A DNA stretch of 64,000 nucleotides from an uncultured Spirochaetota bacterium (GTDB taxonomy: Bacteria; Spirochaetota; Spirochaetia; SZUA-6; Fen-1364). The notes below the pieces were generated by a model, which saw only the letters and a list, made by a program, of their open reading frames with translations, searched no databases and was not told the origin of the DNA. The DNA is taken from the NCBI GenBank assembly GCA_963734545.1, contig CAVTHO010000004.1, positions 544,001-608,000 on the forward strand. The letters run 5' to 3'. The position numbers and the translations under genes are program-made. Below, in pieces: positions 29,336-39,594 of this stretch (its first letter is position 1; each line of letters starts with the position of its first letter).

Positions 29336-31612
29336 CTAGAACTGGCCCGCGGTCTGGACCTTCTTGCCGAATCCTCCGCGCTTGGAGTACCACGTGGCGC
29401 CGAGGATCACCACGATGCATGCCGCCCCGACAAGGGCCACCCACACGTTCATCGTGAGACTTACCAGCACGGGCGCCGCGAGGAGGGACACGAGGTTGAT
29501 GACCTTGATCATGGGATTGAGGGCCGGACCCGAGGTGTCCTTCAGGGGATCTCCCACCGTATCGCCGATGACCGCGGCCTTGTGGGCTTCCGAGCCCTTG
29601 CCGCCGTGCAGGCCGTCCTCGATGGTTTTCTTCGCATTATCCCAGGCGCCGCCCGAGCTGGCCATGAACACCGCGAGGAGCTGGCCGGAGATAATGACCC
29701 CGATGAGGAAGCCGCCGAGGGCTTCCACGTGCAGGAGCAGTCCCACCGCCAGGGGCGCGAGCACGGAGATCAGGGCCAGCGGGATCAGCTCGCGCTGGGC
29801 TGCCGTGGTGCACAGGGACACTGTCTGGCCGTAGTCCGGCTTCACCTTGCCTTCCAGGAGGCCCGGGATGCGGAACTGGCGGCGCACTTCCTCGACGATA
29901 AGACCCGCGGCGCGCGCCACCGAGTTCACCGTGAGAGAGGAGAACAGCCAGGGAATCGTTGCGCCGATGAGCATACCGATGAACACAACGGGAACCGAGA
30001 TCCGGATTCCGGTAAAGGCGAGCCGTGCCTGCTCGGCCACGCCCGCGGCCTTCTGCACCAGGGTGACATCGGTGAAGAAGGAGCCGAACAGCGACACGGC
30101 GGCGATCACGGCGGAGCCGATGGCCACCCCCTTGGTGATGGCCTTTGTCGTGTTGCCCACAGCGTCGAGGTCCGCCATGATCTGCCGGGCCTTCGGGTCC
30201 AGGCCGGCCATCTCACCGATGCCGTTCGCATTGTCGGAGATGGGACCGAAGGAGTCCATGGCAACGTTGTTGCCGGTCAGCGTGAGCATCCCGATACCGG
30301 TCATTGCCACGCCGTAGAGCACGAACGTCACGTCCTGGCCCCAGTAGATGACCACCGCGGCGAGGATCGTGAGCGCGATGACGATTGCCTGCCAGACGGT
30401 TGCTTCGAATCCGACCACGAGGCCGCGGAGGATCACGGTGGCGGGCCCGGTCTTGGTGGCCGTTGCGATGTCTTTCACCGGCCGATGGTGCGTGTCCGTG
30501 AAGTACTTCGTGAGCTCGTCCAGCGCGATGGCCAGGATAATGCCGACGCCGACCGAGAGGAACGCGCGCCATTCGTGCATGTAGAACATCGCCAGGAAGA
30601 AGAACGCGACCAGGGAGATGGCGGCCGAGGAATAGAACCCCTTGTTGATGGAAGAAAGCGCGTTGTCGCTTGCCCCGCCTTTCTTGCCCCTGACCAGGTA
30701 GGTCCCGATTATGGAGGAGAGCACGCCGATGCCGCGCACGAGGAGCGGGAAGATGATCCACTTCAGGTCACCGGTGGCAAAGACCAGGGCCACGCCAAGG
30801 ATAAGGCCGGACACGATGGTCACTTCGTAAGACTCGAAGATATCCGCCGCCATGCCCGCGCAGTCACCCACGTTGTCACCGACAAGGTCCGCGATGACCG
30901 CCGCATTGCGGGGGTCATCCTCCGGCATGCCTGCCTCCACCTTGCCGACCAGGTCTGCGCCCACGTCGGCGGCCTTGGTGTAGATGCCGCCGCCCACCCT
31001 CATGAACAGGGCGAGCAGCGTTCCGCCGAATCCGAACCCCAGGAGGGCGTCCGGCGCTGACATTCCCATGTAGAGGAATATCGCCGTGCCGCCCAGAAGG
31101 CCAAGTCCGTCCGTGAGCATTCCGGTGATGGTGCCGGTGCGATAGGCGATCTTCAGCGCTTCCGCGAAGCTCCTGCGGGCAGCCGAGGCAACACGCACGT
31201 TGCCCTGCACCGCCATGCGCATGCCGAACTGGCCGACCAGAAGTGAGAACACGGCGCCCATGATGAACGCGATTGCCCGTGCGATGCCGACGATCAACCG
31301 TACCTGGCCATCCGAATATCCGGGAAACCGGGCGCTCGCCGCTTCACTCGGTACGACGACGTACACCGACAAGAAGAGAACCACGGTGAGGACGATGATC
31401 AGGGGGATGATTGTCTTGAGCTGCCTGCGCAGGTAGGCGTCTGCTCCCTCGCGGATGGCGTCCCAGACCACTTTCATTTCCGCGGTCCCCGTGTCGTGAC
31501 GGAGCACCTGTCTTCGGAGCAGGAGGGCGTAAAGGAGCCCTATGACTGCGATGCCGAGAACGACCCAGAGGGATGCGGTCTCGAACACCGTGGCGTTGGT
31601 AAGGTGTGACAT
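29336..31612 (-). CDS. hppA: membrane-bound ion-translocating pyrophosphatase, K+-independent type
   Basis: DVGADLVGKVE, DNVGDCAG, GNTTKA (Lys at the K+-dependence position), GDTVGDPLKDTSGP. Confidence 0.95.
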   Translation of the reverse strand: MSHLTNATVFETASLWVVLGIAVIGLLYALLLRRQVLRHDTGTAEMKVVWDAIREGADAYLRRQLKTIIPLIIVLTVVLFLSVYVVVPSEAASARFPGYSDGQVRLIVGIARAIAFIMGAVFSLLVGQFGMRMAVQGNVRVASAARRSFAEALKIAYRTGTITGMLTDGLGLLGGTAIFLYMGMSAPDALLGFGFGGTLLALFMRVGGGIYTKAADVGADLVGKVEAGMPEDDPRNAAVIADLVGDNVGDCAGMAADIFESYEVTIVSGLILGVALVFATGDLKWIIFPLLVRGIGVLSSIIGTYLVRGKKGGASDNALSSINKGFYSSAAISLVAFFFLAMFYMHEWRAFLSVGVGIILAIALDELTKYFTDTHHRPVKDIATATKTGPATVILRGLVVGFEATVWQAIVIALTILAAVVIYWGQDVTFVLYGVAMTGIGMLTLTGNNVAMDSFGPISDNANGIGEMAGLDPKARQIMADLDAVGNTTKAITKGVAIGSAVIAAVSLFGSFFTDVTLVQKAAGVAEQARLAFTGIRISVPVVFIGMLIGATIPWLFSSLTVNSVARAAGLIVEEVRRQFRIPGLLEGKVKPDYGQTVSLCTTAAQRELIPLALISVLAPLAVGLLLHVEALGGFLIGVIISGQLLAVFMASSGGAWDNAKKTIEDGLHGGKGSEAHKAAVIGDTVGDPLKDTSGPALNPMIKVINLVSLLAAPVLVSLTMNVWVALVGAACIVVILGATWYSKRGGFGKKVQTAGQF

Positions 31613-31671
31613 GCGTAATCCTCCCCACTATGGACATCTACGTTGAAAAACTGGTCAAGGCGCGGTGACTC

Positions 31672-31700
31672 AAACTATTCGAACTGAAACGGAGTGTCAA
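31672..31700 (-). promoter_or_regulatory. putative hppA promoter
   Basis: TTGACA-17 bp-TAGTTT on the minus strand. Confidence 0.65.
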
Positions 31701-31723
31701 GATAGCCGGCTGCGAAGATTTTC

Positions 31724-31752
31724 TTGACAGCTCTCGCCTGAGGACCTATGAT
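31724..31752 (+). promoter_or_regulatory. putative promoter of hydrogenase operon 2
   Basis: TTGACA-17 bp-TATGAT. Confidence 0.75.
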
Positions 31753-31867
31753 GCACCCATTGCCCGGAAAGTTCCCTTTCGTGGAAATCGCTTGAGTCAG
31801 GCACTGTCGGGAACAGGCTTCCACCCTGCGCAGTGACGCAAAAAGTCCTCATGGGGAGGGTTTCTGT

Positions 31868-32386
31868 ATGGTTATACAGACTCTCGTTCTAGCTGGAATG
31901 CTCATCTGTGCCCTCCAGGCCATCCGCGCCCCGCGGCTGCTGGTGTCTGCCCTGTGGCTGGCCGGTTGCAGCGCCCTGCTTGCGCTCGCAATCGCTCTCC
32001 TCGGGGCACCCGAAGTCGGGGTTGTCGAGCTCTCGGTGGGCGCGGGCCTCGTCACCATCATCTTCGTTTTTGCCATCAACATCGCCGGAGAGGAGACCGC
32101 CGTTGCGGGCGCACTCGTTCCGCGGCCTCTCGCCTGGGTCCTGATGGCCCTGTTCCTGCTCCTCCTCCTCTGGCTGACCGTGCCCCGGCTCGTCATTCCC
32201 GCTCTGAGCCGTGATGCCCTTCCCTTCCTGCGGGCGGTCTGGCAGGAGCGCAGCCTGGATACCATCCTGCAGGTGGCGCTCATCTTCAGCGGTGTGCTCG
32301 GCTCCATCGGCCTCCTTGCCGACCGAAGGGAGCCGGCACAGGCGGAGAACAATGCGCGCGACGGCGCGACAGGAGGCACCCCTTGA
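31868..32386 (+). CDS. hydrogenase-2 membrane subunit, NuoJ/MbhD-like
   Basis: GAPEVGVVELSVGAG, VWQERSLDT; paralog of 11842-12336. Confidence 0.7.
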   Translation: MVIQTLVLAGMLICALQAIRAPRLLVSALWLAGCSALLALAIALLGAPEVGVVELSVGAGLVTIIFVFAINIAGEETAVAGALVPRPLAWVLMALFLLLLLWLTVPRLVIPALSRDALPFLRAVWQERSLDTILQVALIFSGVLGSIGLLADRREPAQAENNARDGATGGTP

Positions 32387-32694
32387 GCGGCGACATGTGG
32401 ACCATCGCGATAGCCGCGGTGGCAGGCCTCGTGGCTATCGGGATCTACGGCCTCCTGATTCTGCGCAACCTGATCAAAATCGTGGTCGCCCTCCAGGTCT
32501 TTGCCAAGGGGACAATCCTGATCATGGTCGTGGCCGGCGGGATGGCGGGAAAACCGGCCATCGGCCAGAGCCTTGCCATCACCGTGCTCGTAGCCGACAC
32601 CGCGATCACGGTCGTGGCACTGGCCCTCGCAATCCAGGTCCGTCGCTGGTGCGGAACTCTTGATACGCGCGCCATCTCCACGTTGAGGAGATAG
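32383..32694 (+). CDS. hydrogenase-2 membrane subunit, NuoK/MrpC-like
   Basis: GIYGLLILRNLIKIVVAL, QSLAITVLV. Confidence 0.8.
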   Translation: MSGDMWTIAIAAVAGLVAIGIYGLLILRNLIKIVVALQVFAKGTILIMVVAGGMAGKPAIGQSLAITVLVADTAITVVALALAIQVRRWCGTLDTRAISTLRR

Positions 32695-32696
32695 GG

Positions 32697-34460
32697 ATGG
32701 AACATTCCTGGCTGCTTCCCCTGACTGTTTTCCTCCCCTGGGCCGGAGCCATCGTGGTGCTCGCCGCGGGCAGGGCCCCGAGGCTGCGCACCGGGCTGGC
32801 CATCGCATTCGCCGCGGCGGACGCGGTGCTCTCCGTCCTTCTCATCCCGCTCGCGTCAGGAAAGACGGGTTTCTCGGTCGTGCTGGGAGGGCCGTTCGGT
32901 GAGCTGAGCCTCCTGCCGGACGCCTTCGGCGTTTTCCTCGCCGCGGTGGCGGCGGTGATCGGCGGCCTGGCCGTGGTGTTTTCCGTGGACTACATGCGGG
33001 GAGAGGGGGGACAGGGACGCTACTATGCGCTGGTCCTCTTCTTCATCGGCGCAATGGTCGGCCTGGTGCTCTCCGCGAATCTGCTGATGGTGGTCGTGTT
33101 CTGGGAGATCACGGCGCTCTGCTCGTGGACGCTTATTTCATTTCACAACGACGATCCAAAGGCAGTGGCGGGCGGCATCAAGGCGCTCATCGTCACCGGG
33201 CTGGGAGGCGTGGGCCTCCTGGCAGGCTCCCTCGCCATTTACGCGCAGACCGGGAGCTTCGACATCCCCACGTTCATGGCCCAGGCGCACGGGTTCCCGC
33301 CGCAGCTCCTGGCGTGGATCGCGTTCGGGTTCCTGGCCGCGGCAGCGGCCAAGTCCGCGCAGTTCCCTTTCCAGACCTGGCTGCCGGATGCCATGGAAGC
33401 GCCCACACCGATCTCGGCCCTCATCCATGCCGCCACCATGGTGAACGCCGGCGTGTATCTGCTTGCCCGTTTCTATCCCGCATTCAGCTCCGTGCCGGGA
33501 TGGACCCTTGCCGTCGTGTCGGTAGGCGTCATTTCCGCATTCATCGCGGGCATCATGGCGGTGGTTGCCAACGACCTGAAGCGGGCTCTCGCGTGGTCCA
33601 CGGTGAGCCAGCTCGGGTTCATGGTCTACGCCATCGGCGCGGGAGGGATCTTCCAGAGCCAGTTCCATCTTCTCAGCCACTCGGTATTCAAGGCGCTGCT
33701 CTTTCTCGGCGCGGGCGCCGTGATTCACTCGGTGGGCACCCGGGACATGCGCGAGATGGGGGGACTCTCGAAAAAGATGCCGATCACCTGCGGGGTCTTC
33801 ATCATCGGGGCGCTCGCCCTTGCCGGGGTCCCGCCGGTGAACGGCTTCTGGAGCAAGGAGCTTCTCCTCGAAGGAGGTCTCCTCCACGGACCCCTCTGGG
33901 CCTATGTCGTGATGATCGTCACGGCAGGCCTGACCGCGCTGTATACGATGCGCTTCGTCTGGATGGTGTTCTTTGCCGCGCCCGGCAAGGAAATCCATGC
34001 GCATGAGGCAGGCCCGGCCATGAAAGTTGCGTTGATCCCCCTTGCGCTGGGAAGCCTGCTCACCTGGCTGCTCGCGGGACCTTTCCATGCGCTGTTTGCG
34101 CACACCCTTCCCTTCCACTTCGGCGGCGCGGGGGAGGGCGAGGCCGCGGGAACAGGGGAAATGGTCGTGGAAGTGATCACCTCGCCCTCCACGTGGATTG
34201 CGCTGGCCGTTGTCGTGATCGGCATCCTGGCGTGGATGAGCAGGGGATTGTTTGCAAAGCTGGGAACCGGATTGCGCCCGGCGCGCCGCGCGGCGGAGGC
34301 CGGGTTCGGTTTTGAGGCGATCAACAGCGCGGTCATCAAGGCCGTGCAGGGCGCGGGAGAAGGCCTGCGCGCCACACAGACAGGGATTCTCAACTGGAAC
34401 ATCGCGGCAATCGTGATTGCGGTCATCGCGGTCCTCGCCGCCGTTGCGTGGGGAGGATGA
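32697..34460 (+). CDS. hydrogenase-2 antiporter-like subunit (NuoL/MrpA family)
   Basis: KSAQFPFQTWLPDAMEAPTPISALIHAATMV, HSVFKALLFL. Confidence 0.9.
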   Translation: MEHSWLLPLTVFLPWAGAIVVLAAGRAPRLRTGLAIAFAAADAVLSVLLIPLASGKTGFSVVLGGPFGELSLLPDAFGVFLAAVAAVIGGLAVVFSVDYMRGEGGQGRYYALVLFFIGAMVGLVLSANLLMVVVFWEITALCSWTLISFHNDDPKAVAGGIKALIVTGLGGVGLLAGSLAIYAQTGSFDIPTFMAQAHGFPPQLLAWIAFGFLAAAAAKSAQFPFQTWLPDAMEAPTPISALIHAATMVNAGVYLLARFYPAFSSVPGWTLAVVSVGVISAFIAGIMAVVANDLKRALAWSTVSQLGFMVYAIGAGGIFQSQFHLLSHSVFKALLFLGAGAVIHSVGTRDMREMGGLSKKMPITCGVFIIGALALAGVPPVNGFWSKELLLEGGLLHGPLWAYVVMIVTAGLTALYTMRFVWMVFFAAPGKEIHAHEAGPAMKVALIPLALGSLLTWLLAGPFHALFAHTLPFHFGGAGEGEAAGTGEMVVEVITSPSTWIALAVVVIGILAWMSRGLFAKLGTGLRPARRAAEAGFGFEAINSAVIKAVQGAGEGLRATQTGILNWNIAAIVIAVIAVLAAVAWGG

Positions 34461-34461
34461 A

Positions 34462-36036
34462 ATGGGGTGGCCGAACTGGGTCTGGATGATCGCCCTCCCG
34501 ATAGTCACCTCGCCCCTCGTGTATCTGTGCGGACGGCTTTTCCAGCGCGCCCGCGATGCGGCGGGAATCCGGGACGCGGCCGCAGGTCGGCGCGCCGCGC
34601 GTCCCTGGAAGGCAAATCCCGTCCGCTGGATAAGCCTTGCCATCCTCCTGGCCTCCAGTGTTGCGCTGGTCCTTGCATGGCGGGACCTTGCTGCCGGAGC
34701 CGGCATGACGCTTTCCGTCGGCATCATCGCCCTCAAGTTCGACGGAATCAGCCTCCTGCTCTCCGCGGCAATCCTTGCGCTCGGTGTGATGGTCTCGCTC
34801 TTCTCGGGGCCTTACATCGGCCACGAGGACGGGCAGGAGAAGTATCACGCGCTCCTCAACGCGATGATCGGGGCCATGATCGGGCTGGGCTGCGCGGCGG
34901 ACCTCTTCAACCTGTGGGTCTGGTTCGAGACGGCGGCGGTTGCCTCCTATATGCTCGTGGCCTATCACTCGGACCGGCCGGCGAGCCTGGAGGCAGGGGT
35001 CAAGTACCTCGTGCAGAACTCGGTGGGTTCCATGCTCGTGCTGGTGGGGATCGGGCTCGTCTTCTCGCAGACTGGCACGCTCAGCCTGTCGGAGCTCAAG
35101 TCCCTTATTGCCGGGGGCTCCGTTCCGCGATTCCCGCTCCTCGCCTCGGGCGCCCTCTTCTGCATCGGGTTCGGTGTGAAGATCGCCATCGTCCCCATGC
35201 ACACCTGGCTGCCGGACGCGCATTCGCAGGCGCCCAGCGGGATCAGCGCCATGCTGTCAGGGGTCGTGATCCAGACCGGGCTGGTCGCGCTCCTGCGCGC
35301 GCTCTCCGTCATCATCGACATTTCGGCCGGATGGGGAACGCTCCTCCTGGTCTTCGGCGCGGTGAACATGCTGGTGGGAAACCTCCTGGCCCTGCGGCAG
35401 ACCCAGGTCAAGCGGCTGCTCGCCTATTCCAGCCTCACCCACGTCGGCTACATGCTCCTCGGCCTCGGATTCGCGATCACGTTCGGACAGGCGGAGGGAG
35501 CGCAAGGCGGCGTGTTCCACCTGCTCACCCACGCCGCCATGAAGGGGCTCGCTTTCCTCGCGGCCGGCTGCCTGCTGTTCGCGCTGAGGCTCTCCCGAGG
35601 TGACGCAGGGCCGCTCACCACCGCTGACCTGGCGGGCGCATCGCGCCGCTATCCCATTACCGCCCTGGCGCTCACCATCGCCCTCCTCAGCCTGGGCGGG
35701 CTTCCTCCCCTGGGAGGCTTCATGTCCAAGTGGCAGATATTCGCCTCGGGTGTGCAATCAGGTAATCCGATTGCGATTGCCCTGGTCGTGTTCGGGGTGC
35801 TCAACAGCCTGCTCTCCCTCGGCTATTACGCTCCGCTGGTGAGCATCATGTACCGGCGCGAGCAGTCGGACGTTGTCATCGGCGGGTCGCGCGTGCCTTC
35901 CGCCATGGTGGTGCCCCTCGTTCTCCTCTCCATCGTCGTGGTGGCGCTCGGCGTATGGCCGGCGCTTGCATCGGGCCTGACCGGACCAGCGGGCCGGGTT
36001 ATCCTCGATATTTTTGCAAAGCAAGGAGGGATGTGA
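34462..36036 (+). CDS. hydrogenase-2 antiporter-like subunit (MrpD/NuoN family)
   Basis: DLFNLWVWFE, EAGVKYL, PMHTWLPDAHSQAP, KRLLAYSS. Confidence 0.9.
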   Translation: MGWPNWVWMIALPIVTSPLVYLCGRLFQRARDAAGIRDAAAGRRAARPWKANPVRWISLAILLASSVALVLAWRDLAAGAGMTLSVGIIALKFDGISLLLSAAILALGVMVSLFSGPYIGHEDGQEKYHALLNAMIGAMIGLGCAADLFNLWVWFETAAVASYMLVAYHSDRPASLEAGVKYLVQNSVGSMLVLVGIGLVFSQTGTLSLSELKSLIAGGSVPRFPLLASGALFCIGFGVKIAIVPMHTWLPDAHSQAPSGISAMLSGVVIQTGLVALLRALSVIIDISAGWGTLLLVFGAVNMLVGNLLALRQTQVKRLLAYSSLTHVGYMLLGLGFAITFGQAEGAQGGVFHLLTHAAMKGLAFLAAGCLLFALRLSRGDAGPLTTADLAGASRRYPITALALTIALLSLGGLPPLGGFMSKWQIFASGVQSGNPIAIALVVFGVLNSLLSLGYYAPLVSIMYRREQSDVVIGGSRVPSAMVVPLVLLSIVVVALGVWPALASGLTGPAGRVILDIFAKQGGM

Positions 36037-36037
36037 G

Positions 36038-36349
36038 ATGCCGTTTGCGTTCTCTCCCCCCATCGCGTTCGCCGTGTACTTCCTGCTCGCGGGAATACTT
36101 CTGGCGGTGGCCCAGTCCATTGCCGCCAGGGGGACGCCGAGCGCGTCCAAGACCAAGACCTACAGCAGCGGAGAGGAGGCCCAGACAGGTGCCGCCTCCC
36201 CGGGGTACAAGCCTTTTTTCATGGTCGCTTTTTTCTTCGCGATCCTGCATCTCGGGGTGCTGATCGTGGGAAGCGGCGGGTTCACGCCCGTGACGGGCGT
36301 TTACATCCTGGGACTGATCTTTTCCCTCGTGGCCCTGGCGCTGGGATAG
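36038..36349 (+). CDS. hydrogenase-2 membrane subunit, NuoA-like
   Basis: KTYSSGEE loop, FFFAILHL; paralog of 12650-12982. Confidence 0.7.
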   Translation: MPFAFSPPIAFAVYFLLAGILLAVAQSIAARGTPSASKTKTYSSGEEAQTGAASPGYKPFFMVAFFFAILHLGVLIVGSGGFTPVTGVYILGLIFSLVALALG

Positions 36350-36372
36350 ACATGAGGAGAAAGGGGGCGCAT

Positions 36373-36924
36373 ATGGGAAAACAGCTCGAGGGCAGGCTCC
36401 CCGGAGTTTTCCGGTCCGCGATGGACAAGGCGGCCCTGTGGTCGCGCATCAACTCACCCTGGCTGGTCCACTTCAACAGCGGCTCCTGCAATGGGTGCGA
36501 CATCGAGATCCTGGCCACGCTCGCTCCGCGCTATGACCTGGAGCGTTTCGGGGTGAAGCTGCAGGGCTCTCCCCGGCACGCGGACGTCCTCATCTGCACG
36601 GGCCCTGTCACGCGCCAGGCGCGTGACAGGCTTCTCCGCACCTACGAGCAGATGCCTGCTCCGAAGTTCGTGATCGCGGTTGGATCGTGCAGCATCTCCG
36701 GTGGAGCGTTCCATGGCTGCTACAACATCGTGGGAGACGTCGGCGATGTAATCCCCGTCGACGTGTACATACCCGGCTGCCCGCCGCGGCCGGAGGCGAT
36801 CATCGACGGCGTGGTGCAGCTTCTGCAGAAACTGAAGCCGCCCAAGGCCGCGCCAACGAAATCCGCGGAATACCGCGGCGCCGGGAAATCCGCGGAAGAC
36901 CGCGGCGCGGGGGGCACGCCATGA
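36373..36924 (+). CDS. group 4 [NiFe]-hydrogenase small subunit (second copy)
   Basis: GSCNGCDIE, VGSCS, PGCPPRP; C-terminal tail contains a repeat insertion. Confidence 0.9.
   Translation: MGKQLEGRLPGVFRSAMDKAALWSRINSPWLVHFNSGSCNGCDIEILATLAPRYDLERFGVKLQGSPRHADVLICTGPVTRQARDRLLRTYEQMPAPKFVIAVGSCSISGGAFHGCYNIVGDVGDVIPVDVYIPGCPPRPEAIIDGVVQLLQKLKPPKAAPTKSAEYRGAGKSAEDRGAGGTP
36858..36911 (+). repeat. two 27-bp copies of palindromic repeat family B, in frame within the CDS
   Basis: GAAATCCGCGGAA(T/G)ACCGCGGCGC repeated twice, encoding KSAEYRGAG/KSAEDRGAG. Confidence 0.8.
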
Positions 36925-38665
36925 GCGTCGATACAACCCTTGGCAGCATGACGGAGCTGTTGAAGCCCTGGACCGTCCTGTCCCGACCGGTCAGCGACAC
37001 CCGTCTGGAGGTGGAGACGACCGCGGAGAACATCGTCCCGGCGGTCGGCGCGCTGAAGGGCGCGCAGTGGGGGTTCCTGTCGGCCATCACCGGGCTCGAC
37101 CATGGCGCCGCCGTCAAGGCGGATTCCGGTGCCGCCGCTTCCGGCGCCGCCCCGCCCAGCCGGCAGAGCCCGCCCGCAATGGCGGCGGCTTCGAAGTGCT
37201 CTATCACTTCTGCCGCGGACCCTCGGTCCTCACCTTCCGGGTGAAGCTGCCCCGGGAGACTCCCACGGTGCCGACCCTGAGCACCCTCGTGCCTTCGGCG
37301 CTGATCTATGAAAAGGAGCTTGCGGAAACATTCGGCGTCACGATCGAGGGCCTGCCTGACAGGAGGAGGCAGTTCCTTTCCGATGACTGGCCGACGAATC
37401 TCTACCCGATGAGAAAGGACTTTTCTCCCGGCTCGGCTGAAGGGATTGCGCGGGCAGCCCCCGTGGCTCCCCCTGTCGAGAGAAGAGGGACGCCGGGCAC
37501 ATTCATCGTCCCCATCGGGCCCCAGCATCCTGCCCTGAAGGAGCCCGGGCACTTCGAGCTCACCGTGGACGGTGAGATCGTCACGCACGCCAGCATCCGG
37601 CTCGGCTACGTGCACCGCGGCATCGAGAAAGGCGCCGAGGATCGAAGCTGGATCCACAATGTCTACCTCATGGAGCGCATCTGCGGCATCTGCTCCCACA
37701 TCCACTCCACCGCCTACGTGCTGGGCGTGGAGAAGCTCGCGGGGACCGCCGCGCCGCCGCGGGCACAGGCCATCAGGACCATCTTCGCGGAGATGGAGCG
37801 CATCCACAGCCACTTACTCTGGCTGGGTGTCGCCGCGCACGAGGCGGGATTCGACACGCTTTTCATGTACAGCTGGAGGGACCGGGAGACCATCATGGAC
37901 CTCCTGGAAGAGATATCCGGCAACCGGGTGAACTACTCGGTGAATCTCCTGGGCGGCGTGAAATACGACATCGACGCAAAGGGCGCGGACTCGCTCCGCC
38001 GCGGCCTGGACTTCCTGGAAAAGCGCACGCGCCACTATCTGAAGATCGTCACGAGCGATGAGAGCTTCCTCCGCCGCACGCGCGGCGTGGGAGCCATCAC
38101 CTTCGAACAGGCCAACATCCTGGGGACCGTCGGGCCCACGGCGCGCGCGTCCGGGGTTTCCCGGGACCTGCGCGTGGAGGCGCCGTACATGGCCTACCCC
38201 GACTTCCCGGTCAAGACCGTGCTGGACACGAGGTGCGACCTGGAGGCGCGCTTCGTCGTCCGCATCAACGAGCTGTTCGAATCGTACCGGCTCATCCACG
38301 CGATTCTCGAACGGCTCCCGCCGGGAGACCTCGCCGCTGCCCTGCCCCGCCGGGTGCCGGAGGGCGAGGTGATCAGCAGGGTGGAGGCGCCGCGCGGCGA
38401 GCTGTTCTACTTCATCAAGAGCACCGGCGGGGTGAAACCGGACAGAGTGAAGGTGCGCACGCCCAGCCTGTGCAACTGGGCGGCGGTGCTCAGCGTGGCC
38501 GTGGGTCACAAGCTGGCCGACATCCCGATGATCATGGTGGGAATCGATCCCTGCTTCTCCTGCAACGACCGCTCGATCACGGTCCGGCGCCGTGACGGAG
38601 ACGAGCACTGGACCTGGGAAGAGCTCAGGCGCTACGGGATCTCGTACTACGGAGGGGAGGCATGA
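36921..38665 (+). CDS. group 4 [NiFe]-hydrogenase large subunit fused to a NuoC-like domain; frameshift near 37150
   Basis: LSAITGLD..FEVLYHF..YPMRKDF, then GPQHP, ERICGIC and DPCFSCNDR in the same frame. Confidence 0.9.
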
Positions 38666-39594
38666 ACGTCGTCCTCGCGATCGTGGCAATGCTGATCTTC
38701 CCCGGCGGGTTGTTCGTGATCGTCGGCAGCCTGGCGTACGAATACGTGGACCGCAAGCTCGTGGCCCGGTTCCAGAACAGGGTGGGACCCCGATGGTTCC
38801 AGCCGCTCGCGGACCTGGTGAAGCTCCTCGTGAAGGAGGAGATCGTACCGGCCGGGGTGAACCGGGGCCTGTTCATCTGGCTGCCGGTCGCCGCGCTGGC
38901 CGCGACGTTCACGGCAGCCCTGTACATCCCGATGGCGGGTCTTGCCCCCACGTGGGGGTACCGCGGGGACCTCGTGGTGACCGTCTACCTGCTCATGATG
39001 ATGACGCTCTGCATCGGTCTTGCCGGCGCGAACACCGCTGACAGGTTCTCCCTTGTCGGGTCCACGCGCGCCCTCACCCAGCTTTTCTCCTACGAGGCGC
39101 CGTTCCTGCTGGCCCTGCTGGGGCCGGCAATCGCCGCCGGGACCTGGCGGATCTCCGAGGTCAACGGGTACGCGCGGGAGAGCATGTGGATGATCGTCAC
39201 GCAGCCGCTCGGGTTCCTCGTTGCGCTGATCGGCCTGATGGGCAAGCTGGAGCTGCCCCCATTCGACGCGCCCGAGGCGGAAACGGAGATCGTCTCCGGC
39301 GCGCTCACCGAGTACAGCGGCCGCGGGCTCGCGTTTTTCCGCCTCGGCAGGGACATCGAGCTCCTGGTGGGCCTGACCCTGATCTCGGCCTTCTACCTCG
39401 GGGGCCTGGCCAATCCCCTGCAGTTCGTGCTGAAGACAATAGCACTGCTCTTCATCACGGCGGCCCTCCAGTCCCTCTTTGCCCGCCTGCGCATCGACCA
39501 GACCGTGGGTCTCTGGTGGCGCGCGGGGGCGGTGCTGGCGCTCGTGCAGCTCCTGATCCTGATCGGCCTCCGGGCCCTGGGGGTGCATCTATGA
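38662..39594 (+). CDS. hydrogenase-2 NuoH-like subunit
   Basis: RKLVARFQNRVGP, PFDAPEAETEIVSGALTEYSG. Confidence 0.9.
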   Translation: MNVVLAIVAMLIFPGGLFVIVGSLAYEYVDRKLVARFQNRVGPRWFQPLADLVKLLVKEEIVPAGVNRGLFIWLPVAALAATFTAALYIPMAGLAPTWGYRGDLVVTVYLLMMMTLCIGLAGANTADRFSLVGSTRALTQLFSYEAPFLLALLGPAIAAGTWRISEVNGYARESMWMIVTQPLGFLVALIGLMGKLELPPFDAPEAETEIVSGALTEYSGRGLAFFRLGRDIELLVGLTLISAFYLGGLANPLQFVLKTIALLFITAALQSLFARLRIDQTVGLWWRAGAVLALVQLLILIGLRALGVHL

